Both the position numbers and the translations under genes were made by a program. A model generated the notes under the pieces. The model saw only the letters and a program-made list of their open reading frames with translations, had not been told where the DNA came from and did no database searches. Positions 50,579 to 60,012 of a stretch of DNA of 64,000 nt are shown one piece after another. This DNA is from Fidelibacterota bacterium (GTDB taxonomy: Bacteria > Fidelibacterota > Marinisomatia > Marinisomatales > Marinisomataceae), in assembly GCA_018672235.1 (NCBI GenBank), contig JABHGE010000003.1, positions 13,828-77,827 of the forward strand, in the 5' to 3' direction. The first letter of the stretch is position 1, and the number at the start of each line of letters is the position of its first letter.

Positions 50579-50605
50579 AAAAGGGCTCAAAAATTGAGCC
50601 CTTTT
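50579..50605 (-). terminator. Intrinsic terminator after the small membrane protein pair (bidirectional form)
   Basis: AAAAGGGCTCAA-AAA-TTGAGCCCTTTT inverted repeat. Confidence 0.8.
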
Positions 50606-50637
50606 TATTTTAAGTCAATGTAGAGTTTACTAGAAGA

Positions 50638-50850
50638 TTATTTCTTCATCCACCCCGCAACAATCATTACTGCAACTAAGCCAGCAATGCCGCCGTCACC
50701 AATCATAGCTACTGCATTGCCAATACCCGCGATAACACCAAATACGTCATCATACAAAATACCGATAATAGTTCCAGCAACAACAACCTGTGTCAGTAAG
50801 CCTGTTAGTGAGCTTAAAGTATCATTGATTTGTTTAAATGCATTTTTCAT
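50638..50850 (-). CDS. Small hydrophobic membrane protein (70 aa), paralog 2
   Basis: GGAGG RBS before ATG 50850; MKNAFKQINDTLSSLTGLL...GGIAGLVAVMIVAGWMKK. Confidence 0.8.
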   Translation of the reverse strand: MKNAFKQINDTLSSLTGLLTQVVVAGTIIGILYDDVFGVIAGIGNAVAMIGDGGIAGLVAVMIVAGWMKK

Positions 50851-50876
50851 TTGTTTGTCCTCCAAACTTTTAATTT

Positions 50877-50910
50877 ATAAGAGCTCCGCACTAATGTATG
50901 GAGCTCTTAT
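50877..50910. other. Intergenic stem-loop between the two small paralogs
   Basis: ATAAGAGCTCC-N12-GGAGCTCTTAT perfect 11-bp inverted repeat. Confidence 0.7.
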
Positions 50911-50938
50911 TTTTCTGTTAGTACAATACGGTTCTATA

Positions 50939-51145
50939 TTATAGCCATGACAAAAAGACTACTAATACTAGCAATCCTGTAACGCCACCGTTTAGAAAAG
51001 TATCAACTAAATTCATAATTCCACCAAGTGGGTCCATTCCTGTTGGATATAGTATGTTAGCAAACACAAAAAATATTACTGCTGCTTTTACTACACCTGT
51101 TAAACCACTTAACGTACTCGTAATTACTGAATCCCATGAAGCCAT
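50939..51145 (-). CDS. Small hydrophobic membrane protein (68 aa), paralog 1
   Basis: AAGGAGG RBS; MASWDSVITSTLSGLTGVV...GGVTGLLVLVVFLSWL. Confidence 0.8.
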   Translation of the reverse strand: MASWDSVITSTLSGLTGVVKAAVIFFVFANILYPTGMDPLGGIMNLVDTFLNGGVTGLLVLVVFLSWL

Positions 51146-51177
51146 GTTATTCCTCCTTGATTAGTTATTAACTAGTT

Positions 51178-51219
51178 AAAAAAAAGGTAAAACGCCACTT
51201 AATTCAGTGGATTTTTACC
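51178..51219 (-). promoter_or_regulatory. Terminator-like hairpin in the leader of the small-protein pair
   Basis: Minus strand GGTAAAAATCCACT-GAATTA-AGTGGCGTTTTACC-TTTTTTTT, with TTGACA at 51239-51234. Confidence 0.45.
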
Positions 51220-51412
51220 CCCATTATTAATCATGTCAATATGATTAAATCTTTTAAAAAAGTTATTTTTATTCATCTTTTTTATAATTATAGTCGCTTT
51301 TTGACCAGTAATCAAGATTTTTATTAAAAATATTGTTTATGGAAAAAATGATTAATTCATTAAAATTGTCATAGAAATATGTTATCTAACTACAATAGGA
51401 GTAGATTAGGAT

Positions 51413-52696
51413 ATGGAAAATTTGAACCATCCAATTATAGAAAAAATACATGCTAGACAGATATTAGATTCTAGGGGATTTCCGACGATAGAAGTAGAGG
51501 TTTGTGCTAGCGGAATTATAGGGAAAGCAGCGGTCCCTTCGGGAGCCTCTACCGGCAAATTTGAAGCTCTGGAGCTACGAGATCTTAATCAAAATAGGTT
51601 CCACGGAAAAGAAGTACGTACTGCTATTAATAATGTAATCAATGTTTTTCAACCTAAGTTAATTAACAAAAGAGCTGATAATCAGGTCGAAATAGACAAC
51701 CTATTAATAAAAATTGATGGCACTAAAAACAAGAGTAATTATGGTGCTAATGCTATTTTGGGCATATCAATGGCCTGCGCTGTAGTGTCCGCAAAATTTT
51801 ATCAAAAACCATTGTATGCTTATTTAAATAGTGACAGTTCTATTATGCCGGTTCCAATGATTAATGTTCTAAATGGAGGAATGCATGCAGATAGAGGTTC
51901 TGATATTCAAGAAATTATGTTATTCCCCTATGGAACAACGTCTTTTTCAGAGTCAATTAGAATGGGTTCAGAAATATTTCATGAATTAAAAAATGAATTA
52001 AAAAACTTGGGTTTATCGACAACTGTTGGTGATGAGGGGGGGTTTGCTCCTCGGCTTAAATCAAATGAACATGCAATAGAGCTGTTATTGGGTGCAATAG
52101 AAAAATCTAACTATAAGGCTGGGAAAGATGTATTTCTGACTTTAGATGTGGCCGCATCTAGCTTTTATAAAGATGGCCAATATAATCTCAAGATTGATAA
52201 TAAAACTTTAGATGCCGATGGGATGATCAAATTTTATGACAATCTTATCAATCAATATCCAATCATATCCATAGAAGATGGATTAGATGAAAATGACTGG
52301 CGTGGCTGGACAAGAATGACCGATGCTTTAGGTAAAAAAATTCAAGTTGTTGGAGACGATCTAACTGTAACTAGTCCTGAAAAATTACAGAAAGCTGTTG
52401 GTGAAAATGCTATTAATAGTATTTTAATTAAATTAAATCAAATTGGTACTGTCTCAGAAACTATTGAGGCTATTAACATAGCAAAACAGAATAATTATGA
52501 TTTTATTATTTCTCATAGGTCGGGAGAAACTGAAGATACGTTTATTGCTGATCTTGCCGTGGCTATGGGTGGAGGTCAAATTAAAACTGGGTCTGTTTGT
52601 CGATCAGATCGTACTAGTAAGTATAACCAGCTGCTAAGAATTGAAGAAAGTTTAAAAAATCCTATATTTGGTAAGGATTTTTCGTTTATTAAATAA
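51413..52696 (+). CDS. eno: Enolase
   Basis: ILDSRGFPT, VPSGASTG, GDEGGFAP, SIEDG, VGDDL, KLNQIG and SHRSGET motifs. Confidence 0.98.
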   Translation: MENLNHPIIEKIHARQILDSRGFPTIEVEVCASGIIGKAAVPSGASTGKFEALELRDLNQNRFHGKEVRTAINNVINVFQPKLINKRADNQVEIDNLLIKIDGTKNKSNYGANAILGISMACAVVSAKFYQKPLYAYLNSDSSIMPVPMINVLNGGMHADRGSDIQEIMLFPYGTTSFSESIRMGSEIFHELKNELKNLGLSTTVGDEGGFAPRLKSNEHAIELLLGAIEKSNYKAGKDVFLTLDVAASSFYKDGQYNLKIDNKTLDADGMIKFYDNLINQYPIISIEDGLDENDWRGWTRMTDALGKKIQVVGDDLTVTSPEKLQKAVGENAINSILIKLNQIGTVSETIEAINIAKQNNYDFIISHRSGETEDTFIADLAVAMGGGQIKTGSVCRSDRTSKYNQLLRIEESLKNPIFGKDFSFIK

Positions 52697-52699
52697 TAT

Positions 52700-52984
52700 A
52701 TGATGAATCTTAAAGGCTTATCACTTACCAACATTCTATTCATGTGCCTATCTGTAGGGTGTGTGAGCTTATTACTGTTTAGCGATCGCGGTTTTGTTAA
52801 TCTTTGGCAGCTAAAAAAAGAAAAAATTGAAATCCAACAAGACATCAACTCTTTACGCAAACAAATTGCCTCACTTGAAAAAGAAGCAGAAAAACTAGAG
52901 TTTGATGAAAAATATATTGAAAAAATTGCCAGAGAAAAATTCAGGATGGTGAAGCCCGGTGAAAAAGTTTTTAAGGTTGAATAA
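52700..52984 (+). CDS. ftsB: Septum formation initiator FtsB/DivIC
   Basis: TM helix plus coiled coil plus IEKIAREKFRMVKPGE; conserved position after eno. Confidence 0.88.
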   Translation: MMNLKGLSLTNILFMCLSVGCVSLLLFSDRGFVNLWQLKKEKIEIQQDINSLRKQIASLEKEAEKLEFDEKYIEKIAREKFRMVKPGEKVFKVE

Positions 52985-53665
52985 TTAAGAAGATTTAAAT
53001 ATCTCTTTTGCCACACTAAATGATTTAATGTCCGGTAGATGATATCTAACTAAGTCTGATATAAAATTTGCCATAGTTTTTTTATCATAGGTGAAATCTA
53101 TATTGATATTTTTTGTATTAATAAAATCAGAATAATATATTTCCTTTAGCTGGTCCTGCAGCTTAGCATCCTTCATAGCATATCTTCTAACAATAGGGTG
53201 TTCATCAGCATCAATAATATTATATCCCGTATTTTTTAAAAAATGTATGAGAAAAAAATAGAATGCATTATTGTAACCGCGATCAGCTAAATCAAAATAC
53301 TCTAATATATTTTTAATGAGATAGTATGTGTTCTGATCTGAGGTAGTTTCATCAAACCCTTTATCAATCATTTCAAGCATAGATAGACACAAAACAGTTT
53401 TTCTAAGATCTGTATTGATATTATCCCAACCGTTTAAAACTTTAGAATCATATATTGGCTGTAGTTGTCTTTTATTGCTATGAACATAGTTCACCTCTAC
53501 TTCATTCATTTGTTGATAGATAGCTTTAAGTGGAGATTTTTGTCGCATCGCAGCTTTAATGACATAAGAAGACTTGCCTCTTTTTAATGTAAATAACCTA
53601 ACAATGATACTTGATTCTTTAAATAGACTGGTTTTTAAAACAATACCCGGCGTAGAAATCCTCAT
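52985..53665 (-). CDS. recO: DNA repair protein RecO (no zinc finger)
   Basis: N-terminal OB fold GIVLK...ESSIIV.LFT...GK...IKAA; C-terminal YHLP.IKS. Confidence 0.8.
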   Translation of the reverse strand: MRISTPGIVLKTSLFKESSIIVRLFTLKRGKSSYVIKAAMRQKSPLKAIYQQMNEVEVNYVHSNKRQLQPIYDSKVLNGWDNINTDLRKTVLCLSMLEMIDKGFDETTSDQNTYYLIKNILEYFDLADRGYNNAFYFFLIHFLKNTGYNIIDADEHPIVRRYAMKDAKLQDQLKEIYYSDFINTKNINIDFTYDKKTMANFISDLVRYHLPDIKSFSVAKEIFKSS

Positions 53666-54708
53666 TTTGGAACTTCTATTTTACCCCAACCTTCATGAGC
53701 GAGGCTGCCAAAATATAAATGGTCATCATACTGCTTAACGCTTGTGATGGGAGAATAAGCATCTCTAGCATCATACTGAAGATTGTGTAAAACATTGCCG
53801 CTAGCATCAATTCCCAAAACAAATGCATAAGGTTGTGGCTTAGGCTGTAAAAACTCTGGCAATCGCAAGGCTAGACTCCTAAGAAAAGGCTTGTCTGCTG
53901 TTTGGTCAATAAAATCATTTCTTACTGTAAAAAGTGCCACCCAATAAATTCCTTTTCCATTCGAAGAGATGTTATCTGGAAACCCAGGTAAGTTTTCCAT
54001 AATAATTTCTGATGTGCCGGCTTTTGCTCCTTTAAGCCAATATTTTTGTATTCTATACATAAATGTTTCATTGAATAGAACAAAAGAGTCGTCGGGGCTT
54101 ACAGCAACCCCGTTGGCAAAATATAAATTATCGAGTAGTGTGGTCGTAAGTTTGGTTGCAGGATCATAAACTAACAATCTCCCGTTTGGTGTGTGTTCCA
54201 TTACTTCAATTTGATCTTCCCCATGTCCAAATTTATCTGAAGCGTCAGAAAAGTAAATTTTTCCATCGGTTGCAATATCTAAATCATCTGCAAAGCTGAG
54301 CGGAATGCCATCTGAATCAGATTTTGTTGAAAGGGTGGTAGCAATACCGTTTTGATTGACTGATATCAATCCTTGAGTCGCATCTGCAACGATTAGATTA
54401 TTGCCAACATCAAATACCATTCCAAGAGGACGGCCATTAGTATTGTAAAACTCCCCATCAGAGCGCATAATAAGCCCATCATGATATCCTACATATACAT
54501 TGTCTTCATGAATTGCGATGTCTTCTGGTCCATAGTGTCCGTCGTTTTCCCAAAAGATCTCTATATTTTTTAAATAATCATTTTTTTCATACACGCCTGC
54601 CATTGATGGCGGAGCAGGAGACTCCCAAGATACCGGCTTTATTGGAACTGGCCAGAACAAAAGATATGACAAACAAATTAATAGAGAATAAAATAGTAGG
54701 TTTTTCAT
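53662..54708 (-). CDS. Strictosidine synthase/SMP-30 family beta-propeller protein
   Basis: YLLFWPVPI.P, GPEDI, GRPLG, IYFSDAS, GRLLVYDP, LYFANGVA and LPGFPDNI motifs; start ATG 54708. Confidence 0.9.
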   Translation of the reverse strand: MKNLLFYSLLICLSYLLFWPVPIKPVSWESPAPPSMAGVYEKNDYLKNIEIFWENDGHYGPEDIAIHEDNVYVGYHDGLIMRSDGEFYNTNGRPLGMVFDVGNNLIVADATQGLISVNQNGIATTLSTKSDSDGIPLSFADDLDIATDGKIYFSDASDKFGHGEDQIEVMEHTPNGRLLVYDPATKLTTTLLDNLYFANGVAVSPDDSFVLFNETFMYRIQKYWLKGAKAGTSEIIMENLPGFPDNISSNGKGIYWVALFTVRNDFIDQTADKPFLRSLALRLPEFLQPKPQPYAFVLGIDASGNVLHNLQYDARDAYSPITSVKQYDDHLYFGSLAHEGWGKIEVPK

Positions 54709-54713
54709 AGCAA

Positions 54714-56174
54714 TTAATATGCTTTTGCAAAAACTACAAGATGTTTCGCTGGCTCTCCAGAGAAAATACATTTTAAATTAGAGTCATTTACATCTTCTAA
54801 AATACAACGAATAGTGGCCTTTGTTTCTTGTTTGATTTTTAATTCTGAGACATCTGATCCATCCCAATATGTTTTGATGAAACAATTCTCTTTAGAAAGT
54901 AGTTTTTTGAATTCACTATAATCGTTTAATTCAAACGTATTTTCCTCTAAAAAAGTGCTCGCAGAATTATACATATCTTTTTGAATATCTTCTAAGATTG
55001 ATGAAAGTTGGCTTAATTGGTCTGGTGATATTTCTTCTTTTTCGCCCGTATCTCTTCTACAAACGGTGACTTTATTATTTTGAAATTCTTTTAAACCAAT
55101 ATCAATGCGTAGTGGGGCGCCTTTTAATTCCCAATTATTAAACTTAAATCCTGGGCTATTGTTTGAATTGTCAATCGAGCATCTAATACTATCATTTTTC
55201 AGTTTTTTATAAATTGTATCAACAAAATTATCAAATTTTTCTTTTTCTTCGATTTTAGGATTAATAGGTATAATGACTGCTTGATGTGGAGCAATTCTGG
55301 GTGGGATTTTTAATCCTTTGTCATCGCCGTGAACCATAATCAACGCTCCGATCATACGAGTACTCACCCCCCAGCTTGTTGCAAATACTGGTTGTTCTTT
55401 GTTTTCTTTGCTCTGAAATTTTACATCAAATGCAGTGCCAAAATTTGTACCCAAATAGTGGGAAGTTCCTGCTTGTAATGCCTTTTTATCTCTCATCATC
55501 GTTTCGATAGAGTAGGTTTCATCTGCGCCTGCAAATCTTTCCATATTAGACTTTCTTCCAATCATAGTTGGAATAGCAAGGTGGTCTTCAAATAAAGATT
55601 TATACATATCAACGATCATAAGCGTTTCTGCCATTGCCTCTTCTTTGGTTGCATGTGCAGTATGGCCTTCTTGCCATAAAAATTCTGAAGTTCTTAAGAA
55701 CAGTCTGGTGCGCATCTCCCAACGTACTACATTTGCCCATTGATTAATTTTAATAGGTAAGTCTCTGTAAGATGTAACCCACTTTTTAAACATATGCCAA
55801 ATAATTGTTTCAGAAGTTGGGCGTACAATAATTTCTTCTTCTAGCTTTGAGCTTGGGTCTACCTTCAGTACACCGTCTTCAGAAATAAGCTTTGAGTGTG
55901 TGACTACTGCACATTCTTTTGCAAAGCCCTCTACGTGTTTGGCTTCTTTTTCAAGAAAGCTTTTTGGAATAAATAGTGGAAAATATGCATTTTCATGCCC
56001 ACTTTCTTTAATCATGCTGTTTAAAGTGTCCTTAACATTTTCCCAAAGAGAATAGCCGTAAGGCTTAATAACCATAGTCCCTTTTACTGGGCCATATTCT
56101 GCTAAATCTGCCTCCAAAATGACATCAGTATACCATTTTGCAAAATTGTCTGATTGTTTAGTTATTTTAGCCAT
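54714..56174 (-). CDS. proS: Proline--tRNA ligase (archaeal/eukaryote-like type)
   Basis: VRPTSET, QWANVVRWE, FLWQEGHT, QAGTSH and SWGVSTR motifs; ends FAKAY. Confidence 0.97.
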   Translation of the reverse strand: MAKITKQSDNFAKWYTDVILEADLAEYGPVKGTMVIKPYGYSLWENVKDTLNSMIKESGHENAYFPLFIPKSFLEKEAKHVEGFAKECAVVTHSKLISEDGVLKVDPSSKLEEEIIVRPTSETIIWHMFKKWVTSYRDLPIKINQWANVVRWEMRTRLFLRTSEFLWQEGHTAHATKEEAMAETLMIVDMYKSLFEDHLAIPTMIGRKSNMERFAGADETYSIETMMRDKKALQAGTSHYLGTNFGTAFDVKFQSKENKEQPVFATSWGVSTRMIGALIMVHGDDKGLKIPPRIAPHQAVIIPINPKIEEKEKFDNFVDTIYKKLKNDSIRCSIDNSNNSPGFKFNNWELKGAPLRIDIGLKEFQNNKVTVCRRDTGEKEEISPDQLSQLSSILEDIQKDMYNSASTFLEENTFELNDYSEFKKLLSKENCFIKTYWDGSDVSELKIKQETKATIRCILEDVNDSNLKCIFSGEPAKHLVVFAKAY

Positions 56175-56230
56175 TTACTTACTCTTTAATTTGTTATAAA
56201 GTAGAGTTAATTTATAAAAAATCCAATACA

Positions 56231-57598
56231 ATGAAAAAAGCAATATTTTCCACTGAAATTTCTTTATTAAGAAGAACCATACAAAGACTTTTAAGAAGAA
56301 AGGCTAGCGCCAACTTAACAAAGATTTTACGCAAAACGCATCCCGCGGATGTAGCTCTTCTTATGAGAGGATTTGGTGGTGTTGAACAAAAAACTATTTT
56401 TAGTCTATGCCCTAGTTTTGACCATAAGGCAAAAGTGTTGGAAGAATTAGATGAAGCGCTAATTGAGAATATGCTTATTGATGAAAGCTCTACCAATATT
56501 TCTAAAATGTTTGTTTATTTAGACACTAATGATCAAGCAGCAATTATTAGCATGTTTCCACAAGAAAAACAAAGAGAAATTTTAGAAAAAATTGAAGTGG
56601 AAGACTTAGAAGACGTAGAAGAAATTATGTCATATCCAGATGACAGCGCTGGTAGTGTGATGACCAAAGAAACCTTTACGCTTAATCAAAATATCACTAT
56701 TAAAGAAGCCATTAAACAACTGCAATCATTCCCAGAGAATGATAAAATTTTTTATGTTTATGTTTTGGATGATAAGGAAAAATTAGTAGGTGTTATCTCA
56801 ATAAGAAATTTAGTGACTTCAAAAAATACAGCAAAATTAAAAGATATGATGATTAAAGATATCCATGCCGCAACCTCAGAAACAGATCAGGAAGAAGTAG
56901 CTAAAACCGTAGCACAGTATAATTATTTAGCGCTACCTGTTGTGAATAAACAAAATAAATTTTTAGGAATCGTTACTATTGATGATGTCGTAGACATTAT
57001 TCGCGAAGAAGCTTCCGAAGATTTTTTACAGATGGCTGGTGTCGGTAAGGACAGAGAAATTTTATTAAAATCTCCAATAGAAAATGCGCAATCAAGGGCT
57101 CCTTGGATTTTTGCAAGCTTAATTGGAGGAATTTGTGCAGCAGCTATTATTAGCTATTTCGATCACCTGCTCAAAGAGATGATTGTATTGGCTTCATTTA
57201 TACCCGTTATTATTGGTATTGGAGGAAATATTGGTACACAATCTTCTACTATTATTGTACGCGGTCTAGCGACAGGAAGAGTTGATGTTGCCAACACTAT
57301 CCCTCTCATAGTTAAAGAAATTATTGTTGGAGCACTCTTGGGCGTAACCTATGGGACGTTGGTAGGGTTTGCTTCAGAATTTATTACAGGAAATGAATTA
57401 GAAAATCTTGGAATGGTAGTGGGGCTAAGCATTGCCTGCTCTATGACCATTGCTACTGCAGTAGGAGCTAGTGTCCCCATAATATTACAAAAATTGAAAT
57501 TTGACCCGGCAATCTCAACAGGTCCATTTGTTACAACAGCAATTGATATACTGGGAGTTGCCCTCTACTTTATTATAGCCTCTTCAATTCTAATATAA
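56231..57598 (+). CDS. mgtE: Magnesium transporter
   Basis: HPADVA, YPDDSAGSVM, CBS pair, GIVTIDD, GGNIGTQS and DPAISTGPFVTT..D motifs. Confidence 0.96.
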   Translation: MKKAIFSTEISLLRRTIQRLLRRKASANLTKILRKTHPADVALLMRGFGGVEQKTIFSLCPSFDHKAKVLEELDEALIENMLIDESSTNISKMFVYLDTNDQAAIISMFPQEKQREILEKIEVEDLEDVEEIMSYPDDSAGSVMTKETFTLNQNITIKEAIKQLQSFPENDKIFYVYVLDDKEKLVGVISIRNLVTSKNTAKLKDMMIKDIHAATSETDQEEVAKTVAQYNYLALPVVNKQNKFLGIVTIDDVVDIIREEASEDFLQMAGVGKDREILLKSPIENAQSRAPWIFASLIGGICAAAIISYFDHLLKEMIVLASFIPVIIGIGGNIGTQSSTIIVRGLATGRVDVANTIPLIVKEIIVGALLGVTYGTLVGFASEFITGNELENLGMVVGLSIACSMTIATAVGASVPIILQKLKFDPAISTGPFVTTAIDILGVALYFIIASSILI

Positions 57599-57600
57599 AA

Positions 57601-58152
57601 TTGAACTATAAACATATAGCCGCTCTTTTTTACCTATCCCTTAATTCCATCATATTCGCAAACAACAAACAATATGATATTTACATCTATGATACCTTTA
57701 AAGGCTTTACAATCACGCTAGAAGAAAATGAAATGTCTATAGACCCAATCAATTTTGGGACTTTTCTGTTAAAAGAAAACCTAACATATAAAAATCAAAT
57801 TTTTAATGATGACAATTTGATCGTTCAGTTATTATCTCATAAAAAAATAGAACCTCTTGATACGGTTTGGATAAAAAATACCTCAATTTTAGATGGTGTG
57901 CTCGTTGATGTACGTTTTTTATTCTCGGGTGAGGAAGAAATCTTAAGTAATGATAAAAAAATAATGGCTCTATTATATAGAATGGATATTAAAACATTAG
58001 CAGCTATCGAGGACAAAAAGAATCTTGTGAATGATGCCGTGCTTAACAGCGTATTGCGAAAAATATGGATTGATAAAAATACTGGGACTATTATTAAACT
58101 AAGCTTTATGTATAATGGAATATCTTATATTATAAATAAGAATGAAAATTAA
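57601..58152 (+). CDS. Hypothetical secreted protein
   Basis: TTG start 2 bp after the mgtE stop, signal-peptide-like N-terminus, overlaps the next gene's start. Confidence 0.6.
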   Translation: MNYKHIAALFYLSLNSIIFANNKQYDIYIYDTFKGFTITLEENEMSIDPINFGTFLLKENLTYKNQIFNDDNLIVQLLSHKKIEPLDTVWIKNTSILDGVLVDVRFLFSGEEEILSNDKKIMALLYRMDIKTLAAIEDKKNLVNDAVLNSVLRKIWIDKNTGTIIKLSFMYNGISYIINKNEN

Positions 58153-58861
58153 CTACTACATAGGATTAACCTTATTATTAGGTGCCTGCGCAGCGCCAAC
58201 TACGTCTATAGGTTTAGAGTCAACGCCGCCATTAAAAGAAAATTTTTTATTTTATATTGACGAGGATACTAATCTTCACGAATCAGAACTATTAACTACA
58301 ATTCAACTACCATCAAAAGATTATCTTATTCCCTCCATATTAAACTTACTCCCAAATGCAAAGAGGGGGTATCGATCGGGGTATCATGAGGGTATTGATT
58401 TTTCTGCTCCCTTAAATACGCCTATTACGGCTGTTTCGGGTGGTATTGTAGTAAGGAGTAACCCACAACATATGGATGTCGACCTTGATACCTATAATGC
58501 CTTTTTAAACATCTCTGCAGAGCTTGGTAAGACTCCTGATGATATTTATCAATATATCTTGCTTGGAAAATCTATTGTGATTGATCATGGCTATACTATC
58601 ACTTCAAAATTTAGAACTATTAGCGTATATGCACATCTATCTAATATAGCAGAAGGCGTTCTTCCTGGCACCGTAGTAGAAAAAGGGGATCTTATTGGAT
58701 TTTCTGGCAATACAGGGACATCTGATGGAGCATTAAGAAATAATAAGGGGGCTCATCTACACTGGGAGCTACATTTCGATGACGCCACTGAAAGATATTT
58801 TTTAGGACAAAATATTCCATCTAATTATCTCCATGATAATATTAAAATTTTATTTGATTAA
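58142..58861 (+). CDS. M23 family metallopeptidase lipoprotein
   Basis: Lipobox LGAC; HEGIDF (HxxxD), YAHL, G.SGNTG and HLHWE (HxH) motifs. Confidence 0.88.
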   Translation: MKINYYIGLTLLLGACAAPTTSIGLESTPPLKENFLFYIDEDTNLHESELLTTIQLPSKDYLIPSILNLLPNAKRGYRSGYHEGIDFSAPLNTPITAVSGGIVVRSNPQHMDVDLDTYNAFLNISAELGKTPDDIYQYILLGKSIVIDHGYTITSKFRTISVYAHLSNIAEGVLPGTVVEKGDLIGFSGNTGTSDGALRNNKGAHLHWELHFDDATERYFLGQNIPSNYLHDNIKILFD

Positions 58862-58891
58862 TAAATCAGATTAATTACATCTCATATAATA

Positions 58892-58919
58892 AAAAGGGGC
58901 TCTAAAAAGAGCCCCTTTT
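58892..58919. terminator. Bidirectional intrinsic terminator between convergent genes
   Basis: AAAAGGGGCTCT-AAAA-AGAGCCCCTTTT inverted repeat. Confidence 0.85.
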
Positions 58920-58943
58920 AAGTTGAATCCTTAACTAAACAGT

Positions 58944-59999
58944 TTAGAAATCAAAGGTAACTTGCATAGTGCTATGGTCATCAAAGTATTCGTTTGCTGT
59001 TCTCATAGCGTATGAAACATGCATTGTATAGTCGCCTACTGGCACTGTTACACCTGCACCCATTGAAGCTCCCCAATTGGTTCCGCTCCACTCTTCCCAA
59101 TCTGCATCAGAAGCGCCACTTGGTTGTTGGTCATCTCCTACAGTCATTGTAGTAGCTGCGCCAACCCAAGCGCTACCTAGCACATACTTAGCACCGAATG
59201 CTAAAGTATTGCTTTGGTATGAGTGATTAGTGAACGTTGTGCTCACATCTAAGTTGTTAAGTAGTGAGTAGGTCATAGAAAGATCTAGGCTTGTTGGCAG
59301 AGCAAAGTTGTCTGCAACAATTCTAAACGTTTCAGATGATGAACCTGATTCAGCGTCCTCTGGTGCGAGGTTCTGGTCTAGGTTAATACCATCATAATGC
59401 ATTCTACTACCAACGTTTTTCATTGCAACACCGATTGTCAATGGTTGGTCGGGGAATTTGTATTGGACACCTACGTCAAATGCAAATCCAGTTGCAGATG
59501 TTTCTTCGATTGTCTCAGAAATCATCTTTGTTGCAACACCAACATTAACACGGTCAGAGAATGCTTTCGCAAACCCTGCTGTCACCGTGAAAAAACTAGG
59601 GGAAAATGTTTGACCATCTCCCTCTGGAGCAAATGATGTAGTTTTTGGGATATCACCAAAGTCTAATGCCTTTAGTGTCATTCCAAAAGTACCGGATTCG
59701 CCCATACTCATAACCATACCTGCATATGTGACATCAATGTCAGCGATGTAAGATGTGGTTGAAACTGTTCCTTGTAAACCAGAGTTGTGTCTTGCTAGAC
59801 CAGCTACATTAGTAAATAATGCATCTATTCCAGATACGGTACCAACGTTTGTTCCGCTAAGAGCAACTGTCTCAGTCCCTACTGGGATAAGCAATTGCGA
59901 AGCACCAGCGGTACCTTGCGATCTTACTGTACCGGCAGTTAGTGCTGAAACCAACACTGCGCATCCAAGGAAGATTTTAAATGTATTTTTCATTTTCAT
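58944..59999 (-). CDS. PorV/PorQ family outer-membrane beta-barrel
   Basis: GTAGASQLLIPVG...AL, ALFTNVAGLA, GFAFDVGVQY, NVG and LPTSL motifs; C-terminal aromatic FDF; AGGAG RBS. Confidence 0.82.
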   Translation of the reverse strand: MKMKNTFKIFLGCAVLVSALTAGTVRSQGTAGASQLLIPVGTETVALSGTNVGTVSGIDALFTNVAGLARHNSGLQGTVSTTSYIADIDVTYAGMVMSMGESGTFGMTLKALDFGDIPKTTSFAPEGDGQTFSPSFFTVTAGFAKAFSDRVNVGVATKMISETIEETSATGFAFDVGVQYKFPDQPLTIGVAMKNVGSRMHYDGINLDQNLAPEDAESGSSSETFRIVADNFALPTSLDLSMTYSLLNNLDVSTTFTNHSYQSNTLAFGAKYVLGSAWVGAATTMTVGDDQQPSGASDADWEEWSGTNWGASMGAGVTVPVGDYTMHVSYAMRTANEYFDDHSTMQVTFDF

Positions 60000-60012
60000 T
60001 TTCTCCTTTTCC

